From contig NC_068982.1 in NCBI RefSeq assembly GCF_001194135.2, positions 12,989,880-13,028,236 of the forward strand: a stretch of 38,357 nucleotides of DNA. Direction: 5' to 3'. The stretch is from Octopus bimaculoides (taxonomy: Eukaryota). The stretch's first letter is position 1. Every line of letters begins with the position of its first letter. Of this stretch, positions 35,324 through 38,357 are shown one piece after another. Under the pieces are notes generated by a model. That model was not told the DNA's origin. It did no database searches and saw only the letters and a program-made list of their open reading frames with translations. The position numbers and the translations under genes were made by a program.

Positions 35324-35604
35324 AGGCAGTGAGCTGGCAGAATCATTAGCACACTGAATCGTTAGCACGCTGGACGAAATGCTTAGCGGTATTTCGTCTG
35401 TCTTTACGTTCTGAGTTCAAATTCCTCTGAGGTCGACTTTGCCTTTCATTGTTTCGGGTGTCGATAAATTAAGTACCAGTTATGCACTGAGGTTGCTGTA
35501 ATTGACTTAACCCATTTGTCTGTCCCCTCTATGTTTAGCCCCTTGTGAGCAATAAAAAAAATAAGAATCGTTAGCATGCCGGGCAAAATGCTGAGCAGCA
35601 TTTC
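35324..35604 (+). mobile_element. SINE family B copy embedded in a second B head
   Basis: GAATC(A/G)TTAGCA occurs at 35340, at 35356 and again right after the tail at 35565. Confidence 0.85.
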
Positions 35605-35607
35605 ATA

Positions 35608-35845
35608 CATTCCTTTATTCTTTAATTCTTTTATTTGTTTCAGTCATTTTGACTGTGGCCATGCTGGAGCAGTGCCTTTAGTGAAGCAAGTCAACCCCAG
35701 GACTTATTCTTTGTAAGCCTAGTACTTATTCTATTGGTCTCTTTTGCCAAACTGTGAAGTTACAGGGGACGTAAACACACCAGCAATGGTTGTCAAGTGA
35801 TGTTGGTGGAGACAAACACAGACACACAAACATACAAACACACCT
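35608..35845 (-). mobile_element. SINE family A 3' half
   Basis: Collinear with 10315-10530. Confidence 0.9.
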
Positions 35846-35888
35846 GGTGGTGGAATAGAATTTTTGAATTAATAATCTCATTTGTAAT

Positions 35889-36212
35889 GATGCCGTGTAA
35901 AAAGCCTTGGTGATGGTACCACATGAAAAGCACTGGTGCTGGTTCCATGTAAAAGGCACTGGTGATGGTGCTACATGAAAAGGACTCAGTACACTCTGTA
36001 AAGTGGTTGGTATTAGGGAAGGCATCCAGCTTTAGAAACCATGTCGAAGCAGACAGTGGAGCCTGATGCAGTTCTCAACCTTACCAGCTCCTGTCAAATC
36101 ATCCAACCCATACTGGCATGGAAAATGGACGTTAAATGATGAAGATTATGATGATAATGATGATGATGAAGATGATGATGAATTATGATGATGATGATGA
36201 TGATGATGACGA
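35889..36212 (+). mobile_element. Family C element with four tandem units of about 26 bp and a long (ATG)n tail
   Basis: G(A/C)TGGT.CCA..T.AAAAGCACTGGT-like units at 35890-35990, then the family C tail. Confidence 0.85.
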
Positions 36213-36505
36213 TTCCAGTGGTTTTGCTTTTTCTGTAGTCAATGATGCTATCTCAATGAATGTGATTTTTTTATGATTTTGAGAATATAATCACTTGTAG
36301 TACTGTATAATTACAAAAATACTATTTAGATAACATCAAAGAATTACATTTACTTGCCTCATTGATTACAAATTTACTGTTTTGAGAAAGTAATTATCCA
36401 TGGCGCTTTGGCTGAGTGTCCTCTACTATAACCCCGAGCTGATCAAAACCTTGTGAATGGATATTTTCAAAAGAAACAAAACAAAAAAGGCCATTTTATA
36501 TATAT

Positions 36506-36879
36506 CATCACCATCGTTTAACATCCGCTTCCCATGCTAATATGGGTTGGACAATTTGACTGAGGACTGGTGAACCAGATGGCTGCACCAGGCTCCAATC
36601 TGATCTGGCAGAGTTTCTTCAGCTGGATGCTCTTCCTAATGCCAACCACTGACATTGCACATCCATTGGAGCATACTGGCTTCATTCCTTGCAAGCTTAC
36701 GCATGTCCTCGGCAGTCATGGCCCATGTTTCACTGCCATGTAGCATGGCTGTTCGTACACATGCAGCATACAGTCTACCTTTTACTCTGAGTGAGAAGCC
36801 CTTTGTCACCAGCAGAGGTAAGAGCTCTCTGAACTTTGCCCAGGCTATTCTTATTCTAGCAGCTACACTTTCAGTGCAC
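36506..36879 (-). mobile_element. Internally deleted RTE LINE: RT fragment fused to the family C tail
   Basis: 36879-36651 reads ESVAARIRIAWAKFRELLPLLVTKGFSLRVKGRLYAACVRTAMLHGSETW...MLQWMCNVS, joined at AGTG to GTTGGCATTAGGAAGAGCATCCAGCTG...GTTAAACGATGGTGATG. Confidence 0.9.
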
Positions 36880-36890
36880 ATATATATATA

Positions 36891-37440
36891 CAGAACTTGA
36901 GGTGGTTCAGCAATACTACACGAGGAAGATTGCATCAATGGAACAGCTGAGCTACTGGGAAAGACTGAGAGAGCTACGACTCTACTCCCTGGAGTGAAGA
37001 CGGTGAGGTATGCAATAACATATATGTGGAAGATACGGTGGGGGGGGGGGCACCAAACTTTGNNNNNNNNNNGGAAGATACGGTGGGGGGGGGGGCACCA
37101 AACTTTGGAATTGAGAGTCATACCGGACCTCAAAATGGACATCACTGCACTGTTCCAAAAGTCCCAGCTGTCTCATCTAACGCACGGAAAATGTACTGCA
37201 ATACCTTGGTATTCAAGAACCCACAGCGATTTCACTCCTTGCCAAAACATCTGTGGGATCTCTGTTGGGTGGGAGCAGATGTTTTCAAGAAACGACTTGA
37301 CTTCTTGCTATCCAAGATCCCAGATGAGCCAATATCAAGGCAGGAAACTCAAAAGAGGGCAGTGATAACCAAAAGCCAAACCTACATAATTGGCCAATTA
37401 AAAGGTGATTACAATGGTGGTGCCCCAGCATGACAGCAAC
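36891..37440 (+). mobile_element. CR1-like LINE ORF2 3' fragment
   Basis: Reads ELEVVQQYYTRKIASMEQLSYWERLRELRLYSLE*RR, RYAITYMWKI, PNFGIES...FKKRLDFLLSKIPDEP. The YWERL..L.LYSLERRR motif is CR1-typical. Confidence 0.85.
37063..37072. other. Assembly gap with duplicated flanks
   Basis: GGAAGATACGGT(G)nCACCAAACTTTG appears on both sides of the gap. Confidence 0.95.
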
Positions 37441-37549
37441 CTACCGTGGTTCACCTATTGTGGTTTATTATTTAAGCTCATGTCGATTCCTCCTTTTCAC
37501 AACACAAAACCTATAACCGATTCCTAAGACTTCGTTTTTTATGAGCATA

Positions 37550-37675
37550 TATGGCTTAAAGCATGCCAAATCACATTGGAACTTGGTGTAGCTCCCCAGC
37601 TTACCAGTTTCTAGTGAATCTATCAAACCTATGCCAGCATGAAAAACGGACACTAAATGATGATGATGATGATGT
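37550..37675 (+). mobile_element. Family C 3' fragment
   Basis: CCTATGCCAGCATGAAAAACGGACACTAAAT(GAT)n. Confidence 0.75.
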
Positions 37676-37689
37676 ACGTGTGTAAGTAT

Positions 37690-37885
37690 GTGCTTGTGTG
37701 TGTCTGTTCCCTGCAACAGTGTTGGTTTGTTTACATCACTGTAACTAGGTAGTTTGGCAAAAAGAGATTGATAGAATAAGTACTAGTTTTTAAAAATAAG
37801 CTCTAATGTCAATTTGTTCATCTAAAACCTTTCAAGGTAGTACCCCAGCATGGCCACAATCCAATGACTGAAGTAAATAAAAAAA
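37690..37885 (+). mobile_element. SINE family A 3' half, decayed
   Basis: GATAGAATAAGTACTAG...CCCCAGCATGGCCACAATCCAATGACTGAA. Confidence 0.8.
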
Positions 37886-37919
37886 TTTAAAAATAGACAG
37901 AATTAAAGAATTATATTTA

Positions 37920-38156
37920 CCAGTGGCACGTAAAAAGGACCATTCGAGCGTGGTCGTTGCCAGTGCCGCCTGACTGGCTCTCATACAGGTAGCATGTAAA
38001 AGGCACACACTACACTCCCAGAGTGCTTGGTGTTAGGAAGGGCATCCAGCTGTAGAAACATTGCCAGATCAGATTGGAGCCTGGTGCAGCCTTCTGGCTT
38101 GCCAGCCCTCAGTCAAACCATCCAACCCATGCCAGCATGGAAAGCGGACGTTAAAC

Positions 38157-38197
<41 letters not shown>
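37920..38197 (+). mobile_element. Family C element with (ATG)n tail
   Basis: CAGTGGCACGTAAAAAGG...TTAGGAAGGGCATCCAGCTGTAGAAAC...GCGGACGTTAAAC(GAT)n. Confidence 0.9.
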
Positions 38198-38357
38198 GTC
38201 TCATTGCTTATAAAGTTACTGCTTTGCAAATATTATCACCCATATTACAGAAAAATTATAAAATATAAATGATATTGAATTATTGAATAAAAGAGTTACG
38301 TTTATGTTTTTTTATTGAATTTAAAGTTATCAGTTTCACAATATAATCACCCATATT

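Noticed and set aside
35890-35990. Repeats of about 26 bp that superficially resemble a CRISPR array
   Set aside because: The units are contiguous with no unique spacers, they are degenerate, and they lie inside a family C retroelement in a eukaryotic genome.
37028-37107. Apparent tandem duplication with poly-G in the CR1-like ORF
   Set aside because: The identical copies flank a 10-N gap, which is typical of an unmerged contig overlap at a homopolymer.

Overview
AT-rich eukaryotic genomic DNA, inferred to be from an octopus (coleoid cephalopod) because of its SINE families and dense microsatellites. It comes from a gapped scaffold with four N-gaps. I found no convincing host protein-coding exon, so the window is intergenic or deep intronic, and nearly all listed ORFs are microsatellite or repeat artefacts. 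The window is a layered record of transposable elements. It holds at least six SINE-like families (my labels A-F) and decayed LINE fragments of the Tx1/L1, RTE, Expander-like RTE, CR1 and HERO/NeSL-like (restriction-like endonuclease) types. It also holds two Penelope-like GIY-YIG remnants, a Helitron helicase remnant, and mariner, Tc1 and piggyBac-like MITEs, many of them nested with visible target-site duplications (TSDs). The most unusual item is a tRNA-headed SINE-like element whose 3' part folds as a Penelope-type minimal hammerhead ribozyme (33959-34217). Other notable items are a Tx1 fragment inside an (ATCT)n/(GTCT)n microsatellite, a HERO-like 3' end missed by the ORF track, and in-window links between SINE tails and their probable partner LINEs. 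Family assignments come from motif recognition by eye, not from database searches.
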